64,000 bases of DNA from Sarcophilus harrisii (Eukaryota): positions 125,747,754-125,811,753 of the forward strand of contig CM109174.1 in the NCBI GenBank assembly GCA_048593225.1, written 5' to 3'. The notes beneath the pieces were generated by a model. It was not told the origin of the DNA, ran no database searches, and saw nothing but the letters and a program-made list of their open reading frames with translations. The position numbers were made by a program, and so were the translations under genes. Positions 11,925-23,990 of the stretch are shown here, in pieces. Position 1 is the stretch's first letter. Each line of letters opens with the position of its first letter.

Positions 11925-12790
11925 ATGCTTTGATATGCATTCAGACTCTATCAGTTCTTTCTCTGGAAATGGATAGTATGTTTTATCATAAGTCCTTCAG
12001 AATTGTCTTGCATCATTGTATTGCTGAGAAGAGCTGTCATCTACAACTAATCATCTTACAATATTGCTGTTACTGTTATTTTGTATATCATATATTTAAC
12101 TTTGCTTCAGCTCATATAGGTCTTTCCAGATTTTTTAGAACATCCTACTCATTTTTTTAATAGCACAATAGTATTTCACAATAACAGCGCAATTTGTTCA
12201 ACTATTCCCCAATTGATGGGCATCCCCTCAATTTTCAATTATTTGACACCAGAAAAGAGTTGCTATAAATATTTTTGTAATATAGATCTTTTCCTTTTAA
12301 AAATAATTTTTAATCTCCTTTTGGTATACAGATCTAATATTAGCCAATATAATTATTAGCCAATCTAATAATACTTAAGAATTTATTTAATTTGCATTTC
12401 TCCAATCAATAGTGAGAGTATTATTTCACATAGATAGCTTTGATGACAAAGTTCTCAGGAGTTACAAGTATCATCTTACCCTGTAGCAATGTTAACAGAT
12501 TAATCTTCTTAAATCCCAGATAATTTCTTTTTCCTGTTTGCCTTTTATGTTTCTCTTGAATCTTGTATTTGAAAGTCAAATTTTCTATTCAGCTCTGGTC
12601 TTTTCATCAATAATACTTTAAAGTCCTCTATTTCACTGAATACCCATTTTTTTCCCCTAGAAAGATTATAATCAGTTTTTTCTGGGTAAGCTTCTTGGTT
12701 GTAATCCTAGCTTCTTTGCCCTTTGGAATTTCATATTCTAAGGCCTCCAATTCTTTAACGTAGAAACTGCTAAATCTTGTATTATGGTAT
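11925..12790 (-). mobile_element. L1 ORF2 3' fragments
   Basis: Minus-sense L1 ORF2 C-terminal motifs are present ('...ccccaattgatgggcatcccctcaatt', 'ctgctaaatcttgt'). Related pieces recur at 14100-14480 and 15720-16270. Confidence 0.55.
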
Positions 12791-13202
12791 GGTATTGTAT
12801 ATTGTATTGCAGGCAGCCAGAAAGATGGCAGATAATTTATACCATTCCACTTTTCTCTTTCCCTTTCTCCCAGCATATTCTTCTCTTACCATTTAATTTC
12901 ATCTTTTTTTTTTTTTTTTTAAGATATTATCCCTTCATATTCAACACCAGGAGGGAACTGTTTCCTTTACTAAGCTGTATTTCTTTTTGATCTGTGATCT
13001 CGATCAGATTCTCAGCCCCTTCTGGGGAAGGCATATCCTCCCTAGACAAGTTATCTTTCCAGGATGCCAGAACCTTCGATTCAATTAGAAATCCTAGTCA
13101 AAAAGTACCCCTTTGAAGTGTGACAACCTAATCCATATATTTAGTATTTTTGCCCCAGTTCAAATAATTTCTTTTCATTTGTTTTAAAATTTTTTAGTTC
13201 TG

Positions 13203-13283
13203 AGGGCAGCTAGGTGGTACAGTGGATAGAGTACCAGGAGGTGCTCTCCTGAAGTCAGGAGGACCCGAGTTCAAATCTGGTCT
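13203..13283 (+). mobile_element. SINE 5' half, interrupted by the insertion at 13284
   Basis: The sequence is 'agggcagctaggtggtacagtggatagagtaccagg...gttcaaatctggtct'. Confidence 0.8.
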
Positions 13284-13827
13284 TGATGAGGTTTAGATTT
13301 CGGGTACCCAAATGAAATTAGGGTTTCTGGTGGTCAGAGAGTTAAATAAGGTCGAAATGAGGTCTAGTTACAGCGCAAGGGTAGGGAGTTCTGGGATTCC
13401 CTTCTGGGGTGCAAAAACCTAGATTGATAAAAGAGGTTTATTATGGGGATTGGAAGTAAGATTAAAGTCTAGTTAATAAAAGGTGTTAGGTAAAGAGAAG
13501 CAGGCATAGGAAACAGTATTCCAGTGGTCAGAGACTCTTGGGGTTGGAACCACTGCAAAGAAAGAGTTTTAGTTTGGCTCCTTTATAATAGGGGGTTATG
13601 GCTACAAGCTGAAGGGGGCTCATGGATGGAGTCCCAGGTTGGCTTCAGCTGGCTTTCAGCTGAAGGATTAGAATTTGAATTGAATTCAGTGGGTTTCTGG
13701 ACCGAGCCGATCCTACCCAGATAATAAAGATGAAACTGTTTGTGCTTGGGTTGGAGTCCCCTCACTGAGGCAGAGTTGAAGGAGGTTTTCTCCTTTAAGG
13801 AGTTTCAGTTTTGGGGTTCCCTCTTCA
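13284..13827 (+). mobile_element. Putative solo LTR (544 bp) inserted in a SINE
   Basis: It starts TG and ends CA and is flanked by a 4-bp TSD 'gtct' (13280-13283 and 13828-13831). It carries an internal TATA-like 'tataat' at about 13584 and AATAAA at 13723-13728. It splits an otherwise contiguous SINE. Confidence 0.45.
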
Positions 13828-13891
13828 GTCTCACACACTTGACGCTTCCTAGCTGTGTGACTCTGGGCAAATCACTTAACCCTAACTGCCT

Positions 13892-13925
<34 letters not shown>
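13828..13925 (+). mobile_element. SINE 3' half with (A)30 tail
   Basis: The sequence is 'gtctcacacacttgacgcttcctagctgtgtgactctgggcaaatcacttaaccctaactgcctcagc(a)30'. Confidence 0.8.
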
Positions 13926-13928
<3 letters not shown>

Positions 13929-14099
13929 TTCTTGGTTTTCTTCCTTTTCCTCACCCAAATTAAGAAAACTTGTGAAGTTATGCAAAATATTTCCATAAAA
14001 GTCATAGTGTGGAAAAAAAATAGATCTCCCATCCTAGTGAAAATAAAAACCTTCAAGAAAAATTAAGTTAAAAAAAAAGAGAGAGAGATGAGAGAAAGA

Positions 14100-14480
14100 G
14101 AGAATACTTCAATCTGTATTCAGCCATAATCAATTAATCAATTTCTTCTCTGGGAATGGGTAGGATTTTTCAATATAAATCCTTCACAATATTCATGGAT
14201 GATTGCACTGCTGAAAATGGCAGTCATTCACAGTTGGTTATCCCCAACTTATAGGTGGTATCCCCTATTACTTTGAAAACAGTACATTTCACTTTGCTTG
14301 AGTTCATGGAGGACTTTCCAGTTTTTTTTTTTCTGAGAGCATCTTCCTCATTATTTCCCATAGAATAATAATATTCTATCATAAACATATATCACAGCTT
14401 ATTGAACCATTTCCCAATTGATGGGCATCCCCTCAATTTCAATTTTTTTTTGCCCTGAGAAATGAGTTGCTATGAATATT
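14100..14480 (-). mobile_element. L1 3' fragment
   Basis: It is similar to 11925-12300 ('...ccatttcccaattgatgggcatcccctcaatttcaa'). Confidence 0.5.
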
Positions 14481-15719
14481 TTTTATGAACATAGAGGTCA
14501 TTTTCACTTTTTTCCCTCAAAAATCTCTTTTGGTATTCATGCCAAATAATAGTATTGTAAAGTCAAAGGATATACATAAATTTATAGCCCTTTGGGCACA
14601 TATCATTCCTTTTGATCATTTATCAATTGGAGCATGGCTATTTTTTGTAAATCTTATTCAATTCCCTCTGTGTTTAAGAAATGAAGGCTTATCAGAGAAA
14701 CCTGCTTCAAAATTCTTTTTGCAATTACTACTGCTAACTGTTTTTCCCCCCATCTCTTTGTCCTTTCACCCTATTAATCTTAAAAGTATTTTGGTACCAA
14801 CCACTTCCTCCCCCAGTATATCCTATCTTTTATTACCCCCCCCTTCCCATATCCCATTCCCCTTTTATTTTCCTGCAGGGTAAGATAGATTTCTATACCC
14901 CTATTGGGTATGTATGTTATTTCCTATTTAAGCTAATTCTGATGAGAGTAAGGTTCATTCACCCTCTCTCTCCTCTCTCTCTTCTCCTTTACTGTAAAAG
15001 CTTTTTCTTGCCTCTTTTTTATGGCAGATTATTTACACTATTCCACTTTTCTCTTTCCCTTTCTCCCATCATATTCTTCTCTCACCACTTAATTTCATCC
15101 TTTTTTTTTTTTTTAAGATATTATTCCTTCATATTCAAACTCCAGGAGGGAACTGCTTCCTTTACTAAACTATTTCCTTTTGATCTGTGATTCCTTTGAG
15201 ATTCTCAGCCCCTCTTGGGGAAGGCTTATCCTCCCTAGACAAGTTATCTTTCTAGGATGCCAGAACCTTTGATTCAATTAGAAATCCTGGTCAAAAAAGC
15301 ACCCCATTGAAGTTAATTCCAATAGGAGATCCAGGCTGTCCCAGCCTCCATCTGGTCTGATCTGCTCGGATTGTCCCAACCCCCACCAAGATACTCAATA
15401 TAACAGCTTCCTTCAACTAAGGTCTTTGCAGATGGGCCTACATAGTTTAAGATCTCTGTCACTCTCAGCTGCCAGGATCCTTCTGCCCACTGAGAAAGCA
15501 TTCTCAGTGCCCAAACTCCATTTCCCACTAGAAACTGATTTCTATCCAACAATAATCTTTCATTTTGCAATTAATAATTCAGGAATGAGTGAATTCTTTC
15601 ACTCTAAACCTGTGGCCGATTTAAAGGGAATTCTTAGCAACTCTCTTATTGCCATTATTAACCTCTTAACTACCAGGAATTGAGACCACTCAAACTGCAT
15701 CAAACTCATGTGTGCCCTC

Positions 15720-16270
15720 TGTCTATGTATACTCCTCCTAATAGCCATAATAATGAGAAAGTTCTAATGAGTTACAAGTATTTTCCCATGCGGGAATGTA
15801 AACAGATAAACCTTATTAAGTCCCTTATGATATCACTTTCCTGATTACCTCCTTATGCTTCTCCTGAGTCCTATATTTGAAAACAAAATTGTCTACTCAG
15901 CTCTCGTCTTTTCATCACAAGTTTAAAAATTCTCTATTTCATTGAATGAACACCTTTTCCTCTGAAGGATTATACTCAGTTTTGCTAGGTAGGTGATTTG
16001 GTTGTAATCCCACTCCATTGTTCTCCATAAAATCATATTCCAAGTCCCTTGGTTCTTTAAAGTAGAAGCTGCTAAATCTTGTGTTATTCCGTCTGTGGCT
16101 CCACTATACTTGAATTGTTTCTTTCTAGAGTTTGCAATATATTCTCCTTGACCTAGGGGTTCCAGAATTTGCCTAAAATATTTCTGGGAGTTTTCCTTTT
16201 GGGATCTCTTTCACAAGGTGATCTGTGGATTCTTTCAATTTCTATTTTACCCTCTGGTTCTAGAATATCA
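15720..16270 (-). mobile_element. L1 fragment (paralogous to 12400-12790)
   Basis: A long near-identical stretch is shared with 12400-12790 ('...ttgtaatcc...gctgctaaatcttgt'). Confidence 0.5.
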
Positions 16271-17039
16271 GGACAAGACAACCTATTCTAAACTACAGCC
16301 TGGAATAGGACACATCCGAAGTCATAACTTCAGGAGAACATGACTACATTTCCACAATACCTCATACTAATATCAAGAAATTGAGATATTAGATACTGGG
16401 AAGTAATGGCTGAGAGGATCTTGCTATCTGTCTTCATTCCTGCTCATACAGAAGTGGATTGATGTTTCTAAACTCAGATTTGTCAAGAGCCACCACGCCA
16501 CAGGATTTAGTGTCACCACCAGCAGCATTGTCTTGGTTATCAAGAAGTTCATTCTCCCTATTGTGGCACATTCACTGAACTGTTTTGTTGAATCAAACAT
16601 AAAACTGAACATTTTCTCTTCATGGTCAGTGTCAAGGTCACAAAGCAAGCTAGGAGCAGAGCCACAACTGTACCTCACTTATTTTCAGTCCCAAATCAGT
16701 GTTGTTTTTTTTTTCTATTACACTATACTTTTTTCATTATTAGAAATTTAATAAACAATTCATATAGCAATTTTAAAACTTAAAAAAAAAGATTTCCTCA
16801 AAACCATATGAGGTAAATTGTATAAATATGATTTAAATAATTTTCCAGAGGAGGAAACCAAGACTGAGAGAATTGTTTGCTCCTGATCATAAATTAATAA
16901 ATGCTTGTTGACCAATTAAATAGACAAAATTCATAGGGTTTAAAGCTAGAAAAGTTTAAAAAATTATCAATCCAGGGGTTTATCAAACTTTTTGTTTTTT
17001 TATCTCAGGTTCCCTTTACACTCTTAAAAATTAAGAACC

Positions 17040-17350
17040 TGGCAAGCAAATGCAAATTGAGGGGATGCTCATCAATTGTTAATTGGCTAAACAAGTTGTG
17101 GGCATATGATTGTAATAGAATCCTATTGTGTTATAAGAAATGGTAAGTAGGGTAGAAAGATTTACATAGGCAGGTACAAAGTGAAATTTACTATGTACAA
17201 AGTAACAGCAATATTGTAAGATGATCACCTGTGCATGACTTAGCTCTTCTCAACAATGCAATGATTCAAGACAGTTCTGAAGGACTCATGATAAAACATG
17301 CTGTCCATTTCCAGAGAAAGAACTAGTAGTCTGAATGCAGATTGAAGCAT
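17040..17350 (+). mobile_element. L1 3' end
   Basis: The plus sense reads '...caattgttaattggctaaacaagttgtgggcatatgattgtaatagaatcctattgtgttataagaaatg...'. Confidence 0.5.
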
Positions 17351-17989
17351 ATTTTTTCTTTATTTTTTCTCTTTCTTTTATAACATTGCTTAATTAATTA
17401 ATATGTTTTGTTCAGATATTGTTTGTCTTTTGTTCTCAAAGATTACCATGACATCAAGTAGGTGATGCCATGATATCTATGAGTAAAGCTGGCCTGGAAT
17501 TGGTTAATTGGAAAACTTCCTTGCTTCCTTCCTTCCTTCTATGTGGAATAGAGAGATAAGGTGAAGAACTTACAGAGTAAGCACATATTGATTAGGAGAC
17601 TATTAGCTAAAGTAGATCAAGCCTATAGGCCTCAGTTTCCGCTTCTCCAGTCACATGATTTTAGATAAGGCCTGGACTACATTCCATTGTCCAAAGAAGG
17701 GAGTGGCTGAAGAAGCTGTACAACACCTTATCTACTACATTCCATTGACCAACTAGGGGAACAGTAGACTTATGTGACCAATCACAACATATAGAGGACG
17801 AGATTTTGGAGGTTCTTTGTCTGAAATGTATAAAAGCTGTAAGCATTTTCAAGGCTCTGGCCCTATCCTGCTGTGAAATTTGGCTCTTGCACTAGGATGG
17901 GGTCCGCTTCTCAAAATTCTAACAAATAATTTTGCTTTCTATGAGTGATCTCTGTAGTAGTCAAATTGGCTAGGTCTTTTTGTCCCAAA

Positions 17990-18110
17990 CCCTTCCTTCC
18001 TTCCTTCCTTCCTTTCTTCTTCCCTTTCTCCCCCTTTTCCTTCCTTCTTCCTTCCTTTTCTCTCTCTCTTCCTTCCTTTTTTCCTTTCACATAGGGTATC
18101 ATCCCCTTAC
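17990..18110. repeat. (CCTT)n / polypyrimidine microsatellite
   Basis: Tandem repeats of 'ccttccttccttcc' are visible. Confidence 0.8.
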
Positions 18111-18971
18111 CTACAGATGCTCTTAAAAGCATTTATTTTTTCTTTTGCACTTTCTCCAAACTCTCCCAAGATACCTTGGAGTTTACTGGTAAGATTTCTT
18201 TCTGAAGAACCAGGCCTTAAATCAAAACCAATCTGACTCTAATTGGCCACCAAAAGATCCTAGGCCAAGCCCCATTTGGTCATTGTTTAGGTCCTGATTG
18301 ACTCAGGTTGAATGTAAACAATTATTTCTGCTTTGGCCAGAAAACTTGAGAGTCTTCCCCTCACAGATTCATTCATTCTTCATTCATTCATTTATTTATT
18401 TAGAATTTTTTTGGTCTAGGTGAAAGAGGAGATTCTTTGCCTCGATTGCTATCTAGTCTTAATCACTGAATGATCACTGAATGGGTACAGCCTCAATTAA
18501 ACTGAGATCTGTTGAAGATCTTAGCTTAAAAAGGCCATAGTCTCCCATTTTATCTAGGACCATCTCCAGGGATGTGGTAGAAACTCACAGTTGCTTTAAT
18601 GTACATTTCTTTATTAGTAATTTGGAATGTTTCTTTTTCTTTTTGACTGTTGATAACTTGAATTTCTTCCTTAGAAACTGACTATTCATATATTCTTTGT
18701 CCAATTGTCAGTTAGGGAGAGTTTGCAGGATTTCAAAACATTTTTTAGTTTTTCATCATAAAATCATGCTTACCATATTGAATGTTAAGTGTGCTGTTAT
18801 GAGTTTGTTGATCTTTTCTACCTAGCCTTGATTAGTTCCCTCTCTCCCTTTTAAAAAAATTATTTAAATCTAACTTTATCTGTATGAAAAGTATTTTGTA
18901 ATTGTGTTCATGTAGTTCCTGAGTTTGTCTTAGTAGATAGACTCCTAGAATATTTTATATTGTCTGCATTA

Positions 18972-20255
18972 TTTTGTTTATTTTTTATTTTTTTTTTATT
19001 TAATAGCCTTTTATTTACAGGTTATATGTATGGGTAACTTTACAGCATTGACAATTGCCAAACCTCTTGTTCCAATTTTTCCCCTCCTTCCCCCCACCCC
19101 CTCCCCCAGATGGCAGGATGACAGTAGATGTTAAATATATTAAAATATAAATTAGATACACAATAAGTATACATGACCAAAACGTTATTTTGCTGTACAA
19201 AAAGAATCGGACTCTGAAATATTGTACAATTAGCTTGTGAAGGAAATCCAAAATGCAGGTGGGCAAAAATTTAGGGATTGGGAATTCAATGTAATGGTTT
19301 TTACTCATCTCCCAGAGTTCTTTCGCTGCGCGTAGCTGGTTCAGTTCATTACTGCTCCATTGGAAATGATTTGGTTGATCTCCTTGCTGAGGATAGCCAG
19401 GTCCATCAGAATTGGTCATCATATAGTATTGTTGTTGAAGTATATAATGACCTCTTGGCCCTGCTCGTTTCACTCAGCATCAGTTCGTGTAAGTCTCTCC
19501 AGGCCTTTCTGAAATCATCCTGTTGGTCACTTCTTACAGAACAGTAATATTCCATAATATTCATATACCACAATTTATTCAGTTATTCTCCAATTGATGG
19601 GCATCCACTCAGTTTCCAGTTTCTGGCCACTACAAAGAGGGCTGCCACAAACATTCTTGCACATACAGTTCCCTTTCCCTTCTTTAAGATCTCTTTGGGA
19701 TATAAGCCCAGTAGTAACACTGCTGGATCAAAGGGTATGCACAATTTGATAACTTTTTGAGCATAGTTCCAAATTGTCTGCATTATTTTGAACGGAATTT
19801 TTCTTTCTATCTGTTGCTGCTGGACTTTGTTGGTCATATACAGAAATACTGGCGATGTGGGATTTTAAATCCTGCAACTTTGCTAAAGTTATTAATCATT
19901 TCAACTAGTTTTTTGGTTGCTTCTTTGGGATTCTCCACATATATCAGCACATTATCTTCAAAGAAAGATAGTTTTTTTTTTTCTCATTGCCTATTCTAGT
20001 TCTTTCAATTTCTTTCCCCCCTTCTTATTATTAAATAGCTAACATTTCTACTAGAATATTGAACAATTGTGTTGATAATGTGCATCCTTGCTTTATCGCT
20101 GATGTATATATGAAAGGCTTCTATGTTGTCCTCATAATAATTGCTGTTAGTGAAGGAAAATGCCATTCTTATGCTCTCTAGTGTTTTTAATAAGAAAAGA
20201 TGTTGTACTTTGTCCAAAAGCTTTTTCTTCATCTGTTGAGATAATTTTATGATTT
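18972..20255 (-). mobile_element. L1, 5'-truncated (ORF2 C-terminus plus 3'UTR, T-rich tail at 18972-19010)
   Basis: Track ORFs 19583..19837(-) and 20005..20232(-) are L1 ORF2-like ('FVAALFVVARNWKLSGCPSIGE'). Confidence 0.7.
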
Positions 20256-20322
20256 CTGGTGGTTTTGCTATGATATGTTTAATTATGATGATAGTTTTCC
20301 TAATATTAAAACATCCTGTATA

Positions 20323-20794
20323 TACTAGATGATGACCAGTTCTGATGGATCAGGCCATCCTCAGCAACAAGATCAACCAAATCATTTCTAATGGAGCAGT
20401 AATGAACTGAACTAGCTATACCCAGAAAAAGAACTCTGGGAGATGACTAAAAACCATTACATTGAATTCCCAATCCCTATATTTATGCACACCTGCATTT
20501 TTGATTTCCTTCACAAGCTAATTGTACAATAATTCAGAGTCTGATTCTTTTTGTACAGCAAAATAATGTTTTGGTCATGTATACTTATTGTGTATCTAAG
20601 TTATATTTTAATATATTTAACATCTACTGGTCATCCTGCCATTTAGGGGAGGGGGTGGGGGGGTAAGAGGTGAAAAATTGGAACAAGAGGTTTGGCAATT
20701 GTTAATGCTGTAAAGTTACCCATGTATATATCCTGTAAATAAAAGGCTATTAAATAAATAAAAATAAAATAAAATAAAATATCACTCAAAAAAA
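20323..20794 (+). mobile_element. L1 3' end insertion with poly(A)-like tail and a 15-bp TSD
   Basis: The TSD 'aaaacatcctgtata' lies at 20308-20322 and again at 20796-20810. The body is about 90% identical to the reverse complement of 19270-19480. Confidence 0.75.
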
Positions 20795-21829
20795 AAAAAC
20801 ATCCTGTATAAACAGCATCTGCTCATAGTGTATGATATTAGTAATATATTACTGTAACATCCATGTTAATATTTAAATTTCAAACCTATATCAAATTGCT
20901 TGCTCACTCAATTAAGGGGAAGAAAGATAGTGAGGGAGAAAGTTTGGAACTCAAAAATTAAAAAAAAATGTTTAAATTATCTTTATACCGTAATTATACA
21001 GTAATTTACAGGGTAAATAAAATATTACCTTAAAATTTTTGAGGAGCTTTTGTTTATAAGGTTATTTCTATTGATATTTACCATATTAGAAATGAAAAAA
21101 ATCTTATTATTATAAACCTAATTTTGACCTCAAGAACTCTGTGAAAGACTTTCAAGGAGCCATCAGCGATTTTCTGATCACACTTTGAGAATCTCTGATA
21201 ATTCATTTACATCCTCATTTTACATAATTAGAAAATAAGACCCAGAGAAACTAAGTTGCCCAAGATCACCCAGGAGGTAAGATGTAGTAGTATTGTGAAT
21301 TTAAGCCCAGCATTTTGTTACAGCATTTTTGCTGGAAGTTGGGGAACAAGGGCATGACTGATGAAATTTTTAAAAAATAGTTGTCTTTATATGTGCTTTA
21401 AGGTTTACAAACCATTTTACATATATTGTTCTATCTTATCCTCACCACAACCTATAAGGTTCTCTTAGTTATGTGATTTGATGCTGCTTTCCATAAGGCT
21501 ACAGAAAGGAAGTGTCTCAGTGTGCTAATTATCTAGCAAGAGAATATAATAGTTAAATTATCAATAGATGGCATCCGACCTGAGCTACTCAGCCAGCCTT
21601 CTCAGATTCTCCCTTGGGTTTGGTAGCTATACTAAAAGGCTGCAATAACCACATGGGTCACTACATGGACAGCAGCCTTCAAACAACAGGGATGCTCAAT
21701 CCTTGCCACCCTTCTCCCCACCTCAAGAAAGTTCATACTATAGCAGGGCCTTTTTTTTTGTTCAGTGGTTTGGGTTAACTCCTCATTAGCTAGTCTAATA
21801 ATAATCTAGAGAATGAAATGGGGTTTTTG

Positions 21830-22035
21830 TTGTTCAGTCACGTCCCTGTTTAGGATTTTCCTTGGCAAAGATACTGAAGTGGTTTACCATTTCCTTCTCC
21901 AACTCAGTTTACAGATGAAGAAACTGAGTTAAGTGACTTATCCACAGTCATATAACTACTAAATATGTGAGGCCAGATTTGAACTCAGTTCTTCCTGACT
22001 CCAGGCTCAATACTCTATTCATTAAGCCATCTAGG
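21830..22035 (-). mobile_element. SINE (tRNA head plus MIR-like core), long form
   Basis: It contains 'gtcacgtccctgtttaggattttccttggcaaagatactgaagtggtttaccatttccttctccaactcagtttacagatgaagaaactgag...ccatctag'. Confidence 0.75.
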
Positions 22036-23399
22036 TTTCCACTTCCCATTTTACTGCAGACTACATCCATAGATTTAGAGACATGTTATGATCTTATAGT
22101 TTGTTATTCATAATAGAGTAAACTGAAAAAGAGCTAGATAACATACTCCTGAATGGTAGCATCCTTTTCCTGATGATTTCTAAAATGTCTCCCAGTTGTC
22201 TTTCCAGATGTGGCTCAAAGATGAATCCTGATCATCCTAGTCTGTGGCTCATGAGAAATGAATCAGATTCTTATTCTTCTCTCAGGAATTATAATTAGAG
22301 ACAGTGAAAACAGTGGTCGAAATCAGTTTCCTATCTTACCACTCCAAATGGGATACATAATGGCTGCTAGTTTCTGCTACTCTGGATCTTTATTCTTCTC
22401 AGGACACTCAGCTCTTGTCTCTGCTGTTGCTTTTTCAGATGTGCTGGACTCTAGTCACTTTATCTTCTGGGTCTGCTGACTCTGCTAATTGTTATCTCTA
22501 TACATTTGCCTTCTCTCCTCTCACTCTGGAAGCTTGCAAAAGAAAAGTCTTTGGAAAAAAGAGAGGAAGTAAACACCATTGTGTACATATAGTGCTTTCA
22601 CTTTTTCCTCATCCAATCATATATCTTTCTACTCCAGAACATATCTGTGCAGAACACTTTACCCTAATCTCTGTGACAGCCTCAATTCTGATGGTGTTTC
22701 ACAAATTCTTCTCTCTCTCTCTTTGTCTATAAAAGACTCCAGGACTGCAATCTCCTCAGAGACGAGAAACAGTGCAAAAGTCGTGGTGCTCATTCACAGA
22801 TTTGTTGCTTATTTGGTCAGAGGGAAGAATTTCTGAAAGCAGACTTTCCCAATCCAAGACATGGAAGCATCTGGGGCCATAGTGGAGTGTCAAGAATTCT
22901 TGCAGAAATAATTATAAGTTTGCCTATATATACCAAGAAGGAAGGGCAAGGACAATGTTCCTGAAGCTCATCTTGTTAGTGTATGCTCCTTTAACTTTCT
23001 AGTTGGCAGGTATATTTCTTGAGTATCATCAGTCTTGGAAGTTACCTTCAGAGTATTACCAGATTCAAATATTGAAAATCAGACCTTCTGGAAAGAACAA
23101 AGGAGATTTTCCAGAAAGGGATTCTTTTGGAGAAAGAACAGGAACATTCACATGATCTATATTATACAGAGAGCGTCTACTACAGAAGTTTTACTTCTAT
23201 GTTTTACTCCCCATTTAAATAGCAAATTTTGGAGCTTAGGTTTGATGAAAAGAGGATTATCTACATAGAAGTCCTAAAGTGTGTTTGCCTTCCAGGAAGA
23301 GTCCAGATCATATGGTGGCACTATATATATGGAAGGGAATGCTTAGCATTCTGGGATTCTTTGAATTGCCTGATGGTAGCAAGTTTATTTTACTCTGAA

Positions 23400-23990
23400 A
23401 GAGCTTATAGGCTACTTTGAATACTTTTTGCATTTTCTGCTTATTTATGGACTCCTGCTAGACTTTTATATTTTCATATATATGAAATGGCTTTATTTCA
23501 TCATCTGAAAATTGTCTGTTCTTATCCTTTGACCATTTATCAATTGGGGAATGACTTGTATTCTTATAAATTTAACACAGTTCTTTATATATTTTAGAAA
23601 TGAGACCTTTTTCAAAAATACTGACAATAAAGATTTTTCCCCAGATTTGTACTTCCATTTTAATCTTGTTTCTGATGGTTTTGTTTGTGCAAAAACCTTT
23701 TAATTTAATGTAATCAAAATTGCTCATTTTGCTTTTTATAATGTTCTCTAGTTCTTCTTTGGTCATAAATTTTTCCCTTCTCCAAAGATCTGATAGGTAA
23801 ATTATCCATTGTTCTGCAAATTTGTTTATTGTACCATCCTTTATTCTCAAATCATGTTTCCATTTTGACCTTATGGTATGAGGTGTGAGATGTATGTCAA
23901 TGCCTATTTTCTGACATATTTCCCAGTTTTCCCAGCAATTTTTGTCAAATAGTGACTTCTTATTTCAGAAGCTGGAGTGACGTTTATATT
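23400..23990 (-). mobile_element. L1 ORF2 C-terminal fragment
   Basis: Track ORF 23572..23850(-) reads 'IYLSDLWRREKFMTKEELENII...IKLKGFCTNKT'. Confidence 0.65.

Noticed and set aside
17911-18132. ORF 17911..18132(-) 'KGKKEGREREKEGRRKEKGEKGKKKGRKEGRKG'
   Set aside because: It is a translation of a (TTCC)n microsatellite.
18972-20794. Interpretation of the inverted L1 pair as a single twin-priming L1 inversion
   Set aside because: Both segments contain the extreme L1 3' terminus and a tail, and the plus-strand copy has its own 15-bp TSD. They are therefore two insertions.
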